Positions 40,001 through 50,338 are shown, numbered from the stretch's first letter. The stretch is 64,000 nt of DNA from an uncultured delta proteobacterium (GCA_963727445.1 CAVSGI010000015.1:128001-192000); one strand, 5' to 3'. Notes: a model not told the origin generated them from the sequence alone. A program made the numbers and translations.

Positions 40001-40837
40001 TCAGGGTGCGGCGTTGGTCGAGCACACCGCCGGAAAGAACACGCTCCGGCAGTCGCCTTCGTAGCGCGTCTCGCGGTCGGTGGCTTCGCTGGGCCAGGTG
40101 ACGCGGACCTCGGTGGCGCGCTCGACGTTGGCGATGGTGTTGTCGCGGTGGGGGGTGTCGGGGGGCACGATCCGCTTTTCGACGATGCCGCTCGGGAAGT
40201 CCGCGTCTCCCTCGTAGCGATAGAAGATCAAGAGCACCGCTTCGCCGGCGAGGCTCAGCTCGTAGGTCGCGGGGCGGCCCTGTCCGTCGTAGCTGCACTC
40301 GTCGCTCTCGGCGCGCGCTTCGAAGCCTTCGGCGCGATCCTCCGGCGTCGGCAGCCACTCGTGGTCGCAGCGCACCGGACGCTGCGCGTCGTCGTAAAAC
40401 CAGGTGACGCGCTCGAGGAGCGCGCCGTCCTCGGAATGCTCGCCCACGATCTGACCGTCCGCGCGCGTGCCCTGGTAGCGCATCTCGAAGGGCGGCCGTG
40501 GCTCCTGCCCCTCGGCGAGCTTCTCCACGCGCACGCGGCGCGGGTCGTCGTCCCATTGGTAGCGCGTGGTGAAGGTGCGGTTCGAGACCGTGTCGGTCGC
40601 TACCACCTCGCTGAGCACGCCGTGGTCGAAGGTGTATTCGGAGACGCGGCCACCGTCCGCTTCCTCGACCACCACCCGGCAGGTGGAGCGCGCCGGTGCG
40701 GCGGGGGCGCTGCTGCCGCTGGTCGCCCCGGTCGCCCCCGTCGAGGGATGCTCCGTCGTCTCACCGCCCGACGCGCTCTCCCCGCCGCCGCACGCGGTGA
40801 CGAAAGCGACGAAGAAGAAGGTCGGCCGGACGCGCAT
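40001..40837 (-). CDS. Hypothetical lipoprotein with YD-like beta repeats
   Basis: VTAC lipobox; YTFDHG, YQWDDD, FYDDAQR, SYDGQGR. Confidence 0.7.
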   Translation of the reverse strand: MRVRPTFFFVAFVTACGGGESASGGETTEHPSTGATGATSGSSAPAAPARSTCRVVVEEADGGRVSEYTFDHGVLSEVVATDTVSNRTFTTRYQWDDDPRRVRVEKLAEGQEPRPPFEMRYQGTRADGQIVGEHSEDGALLERVTWFYDDAQRPVRCDHEWLPTPEDRAEGFEARAESDECSYDGQGRPATYELSLAGEAVLLIFYRYEGDADFPSGIVEKRIVPPDTPHRDNTIANVERATEVRVTWPSEATDRETRYEGDCRSVFFPAVCSTNAAP

Positions 40838-40879
40838 GGCCGGGACTCTATCGCAAGTTTCGCGAAGCGTCTGGGGCTC

Positions 40880-43837
40880 TCAGTCGATGGCGCGATGGAT
40901 GCGATTCGCTAGCCGGCGCTCCGCATCCGCCTCGTCGTCGGCGCCCAGCGCCTCCAGGCACGTCGCGATCTTCTCCGTCAAGAAGGCATCGGCCGGCGTC
41001 AGACGGCGCGCCTCCTGGTAGCGGCCGAGGGCGAGCTGCGGCCGCCCTGCGCGAAGCTCGATGTCGCCGAGCGTGGTGAGCGCGTCGGCGCGTATGAAGG
41101 GCGGCGGGTCGAGGTCGAGGACCGTCAACAGTGCGTCCCGCGCCTCCAGGTCCTCGCTCACCAGCGCGTGGGTCTTGCCGCGCGAGAGGTAGAGCGTGGC
41201 GACCGATTCGAGGAGCGACGGATCGTCGGGCAGAAGGCCGATGGCTCGCTCACCCGCGCTGATGGCCGCGTCCTCCTCGCCCGCGAGCGCGCGGAGTGTG
41301 AGCGTGCGACCGAGTCCGCCCGCCTCGATCGCCTCGGGCATGACCGCCGCCAATGCGCGCCCCCCGGGCGTGCTCGCCTCGACGCCGATCGCCGAAGGGA
41401 GGCCCGGCAGCTCGGCGAATGCGGCGAGCGCCGTCTCCGATGCGTCACTGTAGAGCGCGCGCGCCGCCCGCGCTTCGAGGCCACCGTCCCGCGCTCGGAG
41501 GATCGGGCTGTCTCCCCCGAGCACCGCCACCCCTTCACCCAGGGTGACCAGACGCGCGAGGATCCCGGGCGGGCTTCCGATACCCGCGCGCCTGAGCCGC
41601 TCAGCCACCTCCGGGTCGGTCGCGCGCTCGGCGATGGCGTCGAGGTCGACGTGGATCGGGATGCCGGACTGGCGCCGCCCGACGAGCATGTAGTCCTGGC
41701 CGCGTACGAGCTCCCAGAGCGTCGCTTCGGGGAACACGTCGTGGAAGGTCGCCGCGATGCTGCGAACAATCGCCATGTCCGTGCCGTAGACGTGGAACCA
41801 GGAAGCGAAGACGCCGCCCTCGTTCAGCCGCTCGCGCGCCGCCGCGAAGGCCTCGCGCGAGAAGAGCTCGCCCATCCCCGCCACCCACGCGTTCGACGGC
41901 TCCGAGACGATGAGGTCGTACTTCGATTCGCCGTGGCGGAGGAGCATCGTACCGTCGACGGGGCGCACCACGACGCGCTCGTCGTCGAGGACGTGCGAGG
42001 TGAAGCGCGCGAAGACCGGGGCCGCGTAGCGGACGCCATCGACGAGCTCCGCCACCTCCACCCGCTCGATGCCGGGAACCGCGCGCACCGCGTCGGCGGT
42101 GGCGCCGGTGCCGAGACCGATGACCAGCGCGCTCTCGGGCGCCTCGGCGAGGACCGCGGGCAAGAGGCCGACCAGGATCTGCGTGGGCGCATCGCCCTGG
42201 CCGCTGCCGTCCACCTTGCCGTCGATCTGCAGCAGGCGCTCGGTTCCGACGGCGCGCACCGTGACCGTCGCTTCGACGCCGTTGTGGACGAAGACCACCT
42301 CGCCCAGCTCCGGGCTCTCGGCGCCTGCGTAGAGGAAGGGGCCGCGCGTGAGGCGGTCTGGATCGAAGCGGCGCGGCGCGCGCACGAGCGCGAGGGCGAC
42401 CAGCGCGAAGCAACCGACGAGGACGCCGGCGTGGCGCGCGCGGAGCGGCGGGCGGCGGGGCTCTCCGCGAAGGCCCGCGACGGCTGCGAGCGCGCCGCCG
42501 GTCGCGAGTGAAAGCGCCGCCGCGACGAAGGCGGGCGACAAGCCGAAGGCCGGCACCCACCAGAAGGTCGAGAGCAGGACGCCGGCGACGTTGCCGAGCG
42601 CACCGGCGGCCACCAGCCACCCGACGTCGTGGGCGGGGGCGCGCTTGCCGTCGCGGCCGAGGGCGGCCACGCCGAAGGGGAAGGCCGCGGCGGCGAAGGC
42701 GATCGGGGCGACGACCGGCAGAAAGAGTGGGAACGAGAGGGAGAGCCAGGGAGGACTCTCGCCCGCGGCGACGCTTTCGTAGACGTGCGCCGCGGCCTCG
42801 GGCCACGAGCCGACGGCGCCGATGCCGAAGAGCGCGGCGGTCGCGGCCAGGAGCACGAAGCCCGCGTACCAGGCGGCGGGCGAGGAGACGCTGCGCGAAA
42901 AGGGCGCGGTGGCGAGGGCGCCGACGGAGAGGGCCAGCACGTAGAGGCCGGCGACGATCGCGAAGCCCTGGATGCTCGGCCCGATGGAGAGGCCCGCCAT
43001 GCGGGCCCACAGGCTCTGGAGCGCCGCGGTGCCCGTGCCGGCGAGGCCGGCGGCGGCGAGGAGGGCGAAGACGAAGGGCGAGGTCGGTGCGGCCACGCGC
43101 GCGCGCTCGGCGGCGGAGGCACCGGCGCCGGCGTCGCGGTTTCGGGCGAGGACCTGCGCTGCGCCGGCGACGCCGAGCTGGATGACGGCGGCGAGGGCGA
43201 CCGCGGTGGGGACGCCGAGATCGGGCACGAGCCAGAACGCGGCGGCGAGCCCGCCGACGACGCCGCCTGCGGCGTGCACGGAGTAGAGCACGCCGGCGTC
43301 GCGCGGGGTGCGGCCGGCGGCGGCGCGCGCCTGCGCGAGGAGCGGAAGGCCGGCGCCCATCGCGAGCGAAGGCGGGGCGAAGAGGACCATGGCGATCAGG
43401 AGCGAGACCACCGTGAATGCCGGGCCCTCGCCGAAGGCGCGGAAGGCCGAGCCGACGATGCCGTCGAACATCGGTGCGACCCAGGGGACCGAGAGGGCGA
43501 TGATCGCGGCGGCGCCTTCGACGCGGGCGAAGCCGCCGAGGGCGCCGAAGCGGCGCACCACGCGGGAGGCGAGGAGACCGCCGAGGCCCATGCCGCCGAG
43601 GATGGCGACGAGGGTGACGGCGACGCCGGCGGCGTCTCCGCCGAGGAGGCCGCGCGCGACGCGCGTCCAGGTCACTTCGTGAACGAGGGCCGCGGCGCCG
43701 ACCAGGGCGTAGAGGCCGGCGATCCAAGCGGCGGGCGGCGCGGCGGACGCCGAGGAAGCGCGCGCCCCTTGCTGAGCCTCGGGCGTGGGCCCTGACTTCG
43801 CCGCGGAGCTCTTCTTCTTTCGGCGCTTCTTCGCCAC
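40880..43837 (-). CDS. Fused MFS-like membrane/spermidine synthase-like SAM domain protein with C-terminal TPR
   Basis: Many TM helices; LQIDGKVDG, LVIGLGTGAT, YDLIVSEPSNAW, LFSREAF; TPR tail. Confidence 0.9.
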   Translation of the reverse strand: MAKKRRKKKSSAAKSGPTPEAQQGARASSASAAPPAAWIAGLYALVGAAALVHEVTWTRVARGLLGGDAAGVAVTLVAILGGMGLGGLLASRVVRRFGALGGFARVEGAAAIIALSVPWVAPMFDGIVGSAFRAFGEGPAFTVVSLLIAMVLFAPPSLAMGAGLPLLAQARAAAGRTPRDAGVLYSVHAAGGVVGGLAAAFWLVPDLGVPTAVALAAVIQLGVAGAAQVLARNRDAGAGASAAERARVAAPTSPFVFALLAAAGLAGTGTAALQSLWARMAGLSIGPSIQGFAIVAGLYVLALSVGALATAPFSRSVSSPAAWYAGFVLLAATAALFGIGAVGSWPEAAAHVYESVAAGESPPWLSLSFPLFLPVVAPIAFAAAAFPFGVAALGRDGKRAPAHDVGWLVAAGALGNVAGVLLSTFWWVPAFGLSPAFVAAALSLATGGALAAVAGLRGEPRRPPLRARHAGVLVGCFALVALALVRAPRRFDPDRLTRGPFLYAGAESPELGEVVFVHNGVEATVTVRAVGTERLLQIDGKVDGSGQGDAPTQILVGLLPAVLAEAPESALVIGLGTGATADAVRAVPGIERVEVAELVDGVRYAAPVFARFTSHVLDDERVVVRPVDGTMLLRHGESKYDLIVSEPSNAWVAGMGELFSREAFAAARERLNEGGVFASWFHVYGTDMAIVRSIAATFHDVFPEATLWELVRGQDYMLVGRRQSGIPIHVDLDAIAERATDPEVAERLRRAGIGSPPGILARLVTLGEGVAVLGGDSPILRARDGGLEARAARALYSDASETALAAFAELPGLPSAIGVEASTPGGRALAAVMPEAIEAGGLGRTLTLRALAGEEDAAISAGERAIGLLPDDPSLLESVATLYLSRGKTHALVSEDLEARDALLTVLDLDPPPFIRADALTTLGDIELRAGRPQLALGRYQEARRLTPADAFLTEKIATCLEALGADDEADAERRLANRIHRAID

Positions 43838-43912
43838 CGCGCGGGAGGCTAGCAGGCCCGAGGCCTGGTGGCAGATGACCGGCGGAGGTGGGGCGCGGGG
43901 GCGGGCGGCGGG

Positions 43913-44515
43913 TCAGCTCTTTTGGGGTCGCGCGAGGAGCTTGGCGGAGAGGGCGCCGGCCAGGAAGCCGAAGAGGTGGCCTTCCCAGGAGATGCCGAGC
44001 TGTCCGGGCAGGACGCCGAAGATCATGCCGCCCCACAGGACGAGCACGAGGAGAGACAGGAGGATCGAGCCGAAGCGTCGCTCGAAGAGGCCGGCGAAGA
44101 GGAGGTAGCCGAAGTAGCCGAAGACGAGACCGCTCGCGCCGATGTGGACCGAGCCCGATGCGCCGATGAGCCAGGTGCCGAGGCCGCCGGCGATCCAGCT
44201 GAGCGCGGTCACGACGTAGAAGTGGCGCTCCTCGCGGAGCATGATCATCCAGCCGAAGAGGAGGATGCCGAGGGTGTTGCCGAAGAGATGAGCGAGGCCG
44301 CCGTGGAGGAGCGGAGCGAAGAGGATGCCCCAGAGGCCGGCGATGCTTCGGGGCTGGATGCCGAAGGCGTCGAGGCGTTGGCCGAGGAAGACGTCGATGA
44401 TCTCGAGGCTCCACATCACGGCGAGGAATCCGAAGAGCACCATCGCGTAGCGCCTGAGGTCGCGCTTGATGGCCGTGAGCTCTTCGCGCGTGCTGAGCTT
44501 CGCTTCGGTTGTCAC
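43913..44515 (-). CDS. Rhomboid family intramembrane serine protease
   Basis: APLLHGGLAHLFGN, HIGASGLVFG, SWEGHLFG. Confidence 0.92.
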   Translation of the reverse strand: MTTEAKLSTREELTAIKRDLRRYAMVLFGFLAVMWSLEIIDVFLGQRLDAFGIQPRSIAGLWGILFAPLLHGGLAHLFGNTLGILLFGWMIMLREERHFYVVTALSWIAGGLGTWLIGASGSVHIGASGLVFGYFGYLLFAGLFERRFGSILLSLLVLVLWGGMIFGVLPGQLGISWEGHLFGFLAGALSAKLLARPQKS

Positions 44516-44634
44516 TCTGTCACTCGCTCGCGGATCCTCGTTGTCACCATGTCAGAGTACGCCCGCCCTTGCTCGCGCATTCCCGCTTTTCGGTGGGATC
44601 GGGGGCTGGCATGGCGGCTGCAGAACCGGGTGAC

Positions 44635-45075
44635 ATGCAGCGACTTTTCCTTCCGGCGCTCGCGGTGCTCCTCGGCGGCCTCAGCGTCTTCCTCGTGGCC
44701 GATGCCCTGGTGATCACCGACGAGGAGAAGCTCGAAGCCTTCGTCGACGAGCTCACCCACGAGACGCCAGACAAGCGCGTGGATGGAGCGCTCCACTACG
44801 CCGACACCTCGCGCGTCGACGTCGAGGTCACGAGCCCCGAAGACCGCGCGCAGTACGGCGACGGGGAGGACCTCGAGCTCGCCGATCATCTTCGCGACGC
44901 CCTGGCCTCTCTCGACCACGGGTCGGTGAGCCTCATCCAGCGCACGGTGCGCGTGGACGGCGACGACGGCATGGCCGCGCTTCGTCTCGACACCGAAGAG
45001 GGCGTCGTCGACGCCGAGTTCCGTTTCGTCCGCCGCGCTGACGGCTGGCTCCTCCGCCGAGTCCGCGTCCGCTGA
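44635..45075 (+). CDS. Hypothetical membrane-anchored protein
   Basis: N-terminal TM; VITDEEKL; ends WLLRRVRVR; possible sigma54 site TGGCATGGCGGCTGCA at 44607-44622. Confidence 0.65.
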   Translation: MQRLFLPALAVLLGGLSVFLVADALVITDEEKLEAFVDELTHETPDKRVDGALHYADTSRVDVEVTSPEDRAQYGDGEDLELADHLRDALASLDHGSVSLIQRTVRVDGDDGMAALRLDTEEGVVDAEFRFVRRADGWLLRRVRVR

Positions 45076-45329
45076 AAGGGGGACGGTCTACACTTTTCAA
45101 CTTTCCCAAAAGGGGGACGGTCTACACTTTTCAACTTTCCCACCGCGCCCGGGGGCCGAAGTTCCTGCTCTTGCGCTCCCTCCTACGAGTGCACCGAACC
45201 AACCACCCCGCAAGAGTGAGAAGTTTGGGCGTCCGGGCGCGCGGAAAGTTGAAAAGTGTAGACCGTCCCCCTGGGCGAGAAGTTTGGGCGTCCGGGCGCG
45301 CGGAAAGTTGAAAAGTGTAGACCGTCCCC
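45075..45329. repeat. REP/MITE-like element with four copies of a 28-bp core (two direct, two inverted)
   Basis: GGGGACGGTCTACACTTTTCAACTTTCC at 45079-45106 and 45113-45140; reverse complement at 45243-45270 and 45302-45329. Confidence 0.9.
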
Positions 45330-45330
45330 G

Positions 45331-45612
45331 TTAGAGGGAGTGGATGGCGGTGGGGGGGATGCCTTCGATGTGGAGGAGCTTGTCGCGGCCGGTGTCGCCG
45401 CGGAGGATGGTGATGGCGCGCTTGGGGACCTTCAGGCGCTTGGCGAGCAGGGCGATGATGGCGGCGTTGGCGGCGCCGTCGACAGGCGGGGCAGTGACGG
45501 AGATCTTGAGGGCGCCGTCGTGGGCGCCGCCGATCTGATCGCGCTTGGCGCGCGGGCTGACGCGGATACGGAAGGTGACGCCGCCGTTCTTCTCCTCGAC
45601 CTCGACCGACAC
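45331..45612 (-). CDS. DUF167 (YggU/UPF0235) family protein
   Basis: IRVSPRAKR, LKISVTAPPVDGAAN, GDTGRDK. Confidence 0.92.
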   Translation of the reverse strand: MSVEVEEKNGGVTFRIRVSPRAKRDQIGGAHDGALKISVTAPPVDGAANAAIIALLAKRLKVPKRAITILRGDTGRDKLLHIEGIPPTAIHSL

Positions 45613-45629
45613 CGGGGTATCGTAGCGCC

Positions 45630-46184
45630 GTGACGAGGAAGAAGCTCGGCGTGGTGTCGCCAGCGTCTCAGGGCCTGGGCCTTCCGACGATCATGGAGCC
45701 GGAGCTCGCCCGCGTGCACGGCGTCCGCTACGTCCACCTCGCCGCCTTCGCCATCGACGTCGACCGGGTGCGCGACGAGGTGGAGACCGAGGCCCTCGAC
45801 CCGCGCTGGCCCTTCGGCTTCGAGGTCTTCCTCACCGAGGTGTGGATCCTCGAGTCGCTCGATGCCGAGGCCGAGCGCGCCATCCTCGAGGCCGCCTGCG
45901 TCGGGGTCATGAAGCGCAGCACCGAGATGCCGGGGCAGCTCTTCGGCGCCCAGCTGCCCTTCGCCGTCTACGACGCCGTCGCCCGCGGCGCGCTCCCCAA
46001 AGAGCTGCGCGCGCTTTTCCGCGCGTGGAAGAACCCGCCGCGCGAGCTGATCCGCGAGATCGCGCCGCTCTGGGAGCGCGCCGACGCCGAGAAGAAGCGC
46101 CTGTCCGCCGCGTGCCTGACGGTGGAGCTCGACCCGCCCCTCGCCCCGCCGACCCTCGCCACACTCGAAGCCTGGGCGACGTGA
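45630..46184 (+). CDS. Hypothetical protein
   Basis: GC3-biased ORF filling the gap, divergent from DUF167. Confidence 0.7.
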   Translation: MTRKKLGVVSPASQGLGLPTIMEPELARVHGVRYVHLAAFAIDVDRVRDEVETEALDPRWPFGFEVFLTEVWILESLDAEAERAILEAACVGVMKRSTEMPGQLFGAQLPFAVYDAVARGALPKELRALFRAWKNPPRELIREIAPLWERADAEKKRLSAACLTVELDPPLAPPTLATLEAWAT

Positions 46185-46203
46185 GCCGAGGACCCGCGCG
46201 CCT

Positions 46204-47169
46204 CTACTGATCGCCCCCTTCGGGGCCCTCGGCCGGCGGCGTCTCTCCGGCCGCTTCCTTCGCCTGCGAGAAGGCGCGAAGCACGGTGGGCGAGGTGCGC
46301 GCCACGTCGAGCTCGAGGTCGGGCTGAACGCTGATCGCCGCGGCGAAGGCCTCGACCGCGAGGTCCGAGCGATCGAGGGCCACGTAGGCCGTGCCGAGCT
46401 CGCGTTGGATGCTCACGATCTGATTGCCGGTGAGCTGACCGCCGCCGAGGAGGCGGTTGCCGAGAGAGACCGCTTCGGCGAAGCGCCCGTGCCTGAGGTC
46501 GTCGCGCAGCTCGGGGATGCGCTCGTCGATCTGCTGCTGCAGCTGCCGGATGCGTCCACCGGTGATCTCTTCGCCGATGGCCTCCTCGATGATCTGCCTG
46601 CCTTCCTCGGAGAGGGTCAGGTCGGAGAGGGGCACGAGCACCACCTGCCCGCGCGCCGGGCGGAGGCCGCGCATGCCGTTGAAGCGCCGGAGCAGTCGCG
46701 CCCCTTCGGAGCCGAGGTCGGGGAAGTACTCGGTGCGAGAGGCGCCGCAGGTTTTCGTTCTGCCCGGCGACGTGACGCAGCGGGTAGGGGATCAGGAGCT
46801 CGGCCCCGACCGCGGGTTGCTCTCCCGCCGCGGTCTCGTTCGCGGTCGTGAGCAGGAATTGGCGCGACCTATCGCCATAGTAGCGCTCCGCGATCTCCGC
46901 CCAGGTCTCCCCTTCCTGCACGATGTGATGCTGCACCCACGGGATGACGAGCCTGAGGCCCACCACGATGGCGGAGCCGCCCTGGGCCGTCAGCCCGTTC
47001 TCGGCCACCAGCACCGTCTCGCGTTGCGGGTCGCCGTAGTAGCTGCTGCGCGATCGACGCGAGGGTCTCGCCTTCGCGCACCACGTGTACGAAGCTGTTG
47101 CCGTCGGCGCGCGCAGACGACGGCCGGCAGGCACGCCGCCAGCGCCATCACGAGCCCGACGCTAGACAC
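46204..47169 (-). CDS. Multi-LysM + TPR exported protein, several frameshifts
   Basis: HVVREGETLASIA/YYGD, HIVQEGETWAEIAERYYGD and a third LysM, then TPR (LGTAYVALDR..A..AF), split across frames; start approximate. Confidence 0.75.
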
Positions 47170-47175
47170 GAGCTG

Positions 47176-48540
47176 TCAGCCCTCGTCATCGGCGCCCTCC
47201 CCTGCGTCCGCTTCGGGGATCGGCTCGTGAAGGGGCGTGAGCTCCTCTTCGAGCACCTGTGTCTCGCCGGTGACGATGCGCACCTCGCGATCGACCTCGA
47301 CGTAGTACGGGTTCTTCAGCTTCACGTAGTGGAGCCCCGGCGAGAGGGGAACGGCGGCGGCGCGCGGCGTCGTGAACACGTGCTGTCCGTCGATCTCCAC
47401 CTCGGCCCACGGATCGACCACGAACTGGAGATAGCCAGCGTGCGCCGGAATCACGGAGTTGCTCGTCTGCGAGCGCGAAGCTCTCCGCGCCCCTCGTCGA
47501 AGCGCCCGCTCGCCACCTGGATCGCGCCGCCGGAAACGACGATCGCCACAGCCAGAGCCGCCTGGACCATGGCCACGTTCTGGACGAGCTTCCTGTCGAA
47601 GCGGACCGCGTCGCACCGCGCTGCGTGGCCCGGCGGCGGCGAGGATCTCCTCGGCCTCGTCGTCGGTGAGGACACCCGATGTCGCGCAGGTACATCACCA
47701 GCCGCGCGTTGTGGTTCATCGGCACCCGCGACGCGAGGAACTCCATCAGGTCGTCGATCAGCGCCTGGGTGGTCGGATACCGGTTGGCCGGCATCTTCTC
47801 CATGCAGCGCGCCATGATCCGCTCGAGCCCGCGCGGCACCTCCGCGTTGAGCTTGCGCGGGCCGTGTAGCGGTCGAGGCGGATCTTCTGCATCACGGTGC
47901 GCGAGTCGTCCTCGACGAAGGGCTTGCGACCGGTGAGCATCTGGTAGAGCACGATGCCGAGCGAGAAGATGTCGCTGCGGAAGTCGAGCTTGTCGCCGAG
48001 GATCTGCTCGGGGCTCATGTAGCTCGGCGTGCCCAAGCCCGGTGCCGGTCTCCGTGAGGTCGCAGAGCGTGTCGTCGCGGGCGATGCCGAAGTCCATCAG
48101 CTTCACCTCGCCCTGATGCGAGATCATGACGTTGGCCGGCTTGATGTCGCGGTGGATGATGCCGCGGAAGTGCGCGTAGTCGAGGGCGCGCGCGACCTGC
48201 AGGGCGATGATGGCGGCGACCTCGACGGGGAGCACGCGGCGTGCGCTCGAGGAGGTCGTAGAGGTCGATGCCCTGCACGTACTCCATGATGATGTACATC
48301 GTCCGGCCGTCTTTGATGAAGTCGTAGACGTGGAGGATGTTCTCGTGCTGCAGCGAGGCCATGAAGTGGGCCTCGCGCTCGAAGCGCTTCGCGAACTGGC
48401 TGTCGACCGCGATGGACGGCTTGAGCGCCTTGATCGCGACCTCGCGGCCCGAGCGGCTCCTGCACGGCCTTGTAGACGACGGCCATGCCGCCACTGCCGA
48501 TCTCGCCGAGGATCCGGCAGTTGCCGATCTTGTCCACCAT
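47176..48540 (-). CDS. Ser/Thr protein kinase with PEGA tail, several frameshifts
   Basis: GSGGMAVVY / VAIKAL..HENI / [13 protein letters not shown] / [10 protein letters not shown] / [11 protein letters not shown] in successive frames. Confidence 0.85.
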
Positions 48541-48653
48541 GACAGCCGTGCGAATCTTACCAGGCACCGGGAGATTTCGGTCAAAACAACCCCCTACAAT
48601 TCCGGTCGCTTAGCGGTTGACCCCCAAAGCCGCGCTCGGCAGGATGGAAGCTC

Positions 48654-50093
48654 GTGTCCTCACTGCCCCCCCGCCCGGACGCCGACGACGCGGCCCTGGT
48701 CCTGGGACTGCGGGAGCGGGACCCGAGCGCCTGGGAGCTCTTCCTCTCCCGCTACGGTCGCGCCCTGCGCACGGTGGTCGTCCGCGTGGTGGATGAACGC
48801 CGGGGTGGAACCCTGGGTGAGGTGCCAGCCTGCGTCCAGGTCGCGGGCAAGTTCCTCAAGGAGGGTCTGCTCGAGCGCTATCGGGGCGACGCGTCTCTCC
48901 GCTGCTACATGGCCTCCGCGGTGCGCGGCGAGATCACGTCGTATCTGCAGGACGTCACCCCGCCCGCCAGCCTGATCGCGTCGCTGCCGACCCCCGCGAG
49001 CCTCTTCCTCGACGAGGTGCTCGCCGAAGAGCCGGCGAAGCGCGCCGGGAGCGTCGTCGACCGGATGACGCCCAACATGGCGGGCCTGCTCCGCCTGCGC
49101 TTGCGCGGCCTCGACCGCGCGGACATCGGGGGCACGCTCGGGCTCACCGACGAGACCGTCCGGGGTCACCTCGAGCATCTCGCCCAGCGCCTCGGCGAGC
49201 TCGACGAAGAGGAGCCGGACTACGCGGACGTCGCATGGCGGATGCTCCTCGACGCGGCGCCCGTCGACGAGCGGGTCGCGACCGCGCGCCGCACGCTGCG
49301 CGATGCGCGATTCGCGCGGGTGCGCTCTGTGGTGGAGAGCACCTTCCGCGCGCTCCGCCTGCGCGAGCTCCTGCGCCTGCATCCCAAGGTCGCGGAGTGC
49401 CTGGACGAGGAGGCCGCCGCCTCTTTCGTGGACGGCTCGGCGAAGGGTCCGGATCGCACGCGCGCGGAAGGACACATCGGCACCTGTCCGCGCTGCATCG
49501 ACGCCGTGGCGACGCTCACCATGGACGTCCGCACCATCGACGCCCTGCGGGACGTGACCGACTGGAACGCGGAGCTCGCGGTCGCGGCGGCGTGCATCAC
49601 CACCACGCGCTTTCGCGCCGCGGAGATGTTGGCGGAGGGCGCCCATGGCCCGGAGGAGCGAACGCGGGCGATCATCCGCCTCGCGCGGATCGGGCTCTCG
49701 CTCACCGGTGGCGTGCGCGAGATGGTGGCCGAGCCGAGCGGCGTGGTGCCCATGAACGTACCGAGCGACTCCGATGCGCCGCTGGTCGCGCTCGAAGCGC
49801 TCGTGCGGGCGGACACCCACTCGGCTCTGCGCGCCATCGACGACGAGCTGGCACGCGGGGTGGTCGGCGCCCGGCTGCGTCTCCTCGCGCTGGCCGGGGA
49901 GGACGACGCGAGCGACGGAAGAGCGCTGGCTGAGGAGATCCTCGGCCGCAGCCAGTCGGACCCCGGCCTGGTCACCGACGCGCGCGCCACACTCGCCATC
50001 CCGCCGGGCGACTCCATGCCCCGTGAGATCCTGATCGAGCGCGTGCGCGACACCCTCCCGGCCGTCGTCCGCTACCTCGCGACCACCCTCTGA
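48654..50093 (+). CDS. ECF sigma-like protein fused to a zinc-finger anti-sigma (HxxxCxxC) domain
   Basis: DAALV..RDPSAWELFLSRY; RLRGLDRADIGGTLGLTDETVRGHL; CLDEEAAASFVDG...HIGTCPRC. Confidence 0.65.
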   Translation: MSSLPPRPDADDAALVLGLRERDPSAWELFLSRYGRALRTVVVRVVDERRGGTLGEVPACVQVAGKFLKEGLLERYRGDASLRCYMASAVRGEITSYLQDVTPPASLIASLPTPASLFLDEVLAEEPAKRAGSVVDRMTPNMAGLLRLRLRGLDRADIGGTLGLTDETVRGHLEHLAQRLGELDEEEPDYADVAWRMLLDAAPVDERVATARRTLRDARFARVRSVVESTFRALRLRELLRLHPKVAECLDEEAAASFVDGSAKGPDRTRAEGHIGTCPRCIDAVATLTMDVRTIDALRDVTDWNAELAVAAACITTTRFRAAEMLAEGAHGPEERTRAIIRLARIGLSLTGGVREMVAEPSGVVPMNVPSDSDAPLVALEALVRADTHSALRAIDDELARGVVGARLRLLALAGEDDASDGRALAEEILGRSQSDPGLVTDARATLAIPPGDSMPREILIERVRDTLPAVVRYLATTL

Positions 50094-50095
50094 AA

Positions 50096-50295
50096 GCCCC
50101 GCCCGACGGCTACCCGCCCCTGTCGCCGGCCGAAGGCCGCGACCCGGCGGCGAAGCCGCCGTGCAGGGGAGGCCGACAGCACCCCCAGCTCTATCCGGGG
50201 CGGCGGTATCGCCGCCCCGCTCCTCGCCCATCTGTCGGTCGGCCGCGGGGACGCAGTCCCCGAGGGGAGCGTGGAGGGGGCGAAAGCCCCCTCAC
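50096..50295. repeat. Cluster of GC-rich hairpins (REP-like) between convergent genes
   Basis: GGCGGC-GAA-GCCGCC; GGGGCGGCG-GTAT-CGCCGCCCC; GAGGGGGC-GAAA-GCCCCCTC. Confidence 0.6.
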
Positions 50296-50338
50296 CAAAA
50301 CAAAACCTCGTCTCGCGCAGCTCGTTCCGTCGGACTCC

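Noticed and set aside
41601..44414. Long Arg-rich shadow ORFs (also 21286..23340, 31250..33589, 14094..16355, 62069..63949)
   Set aside because: They are alternative-frame or antisense shadows of well-supported genes.
45075..45329. CRISPR array
   Set aside because: Copies occur in both orientations, there are no unique regular spacers and there are no cas genes.
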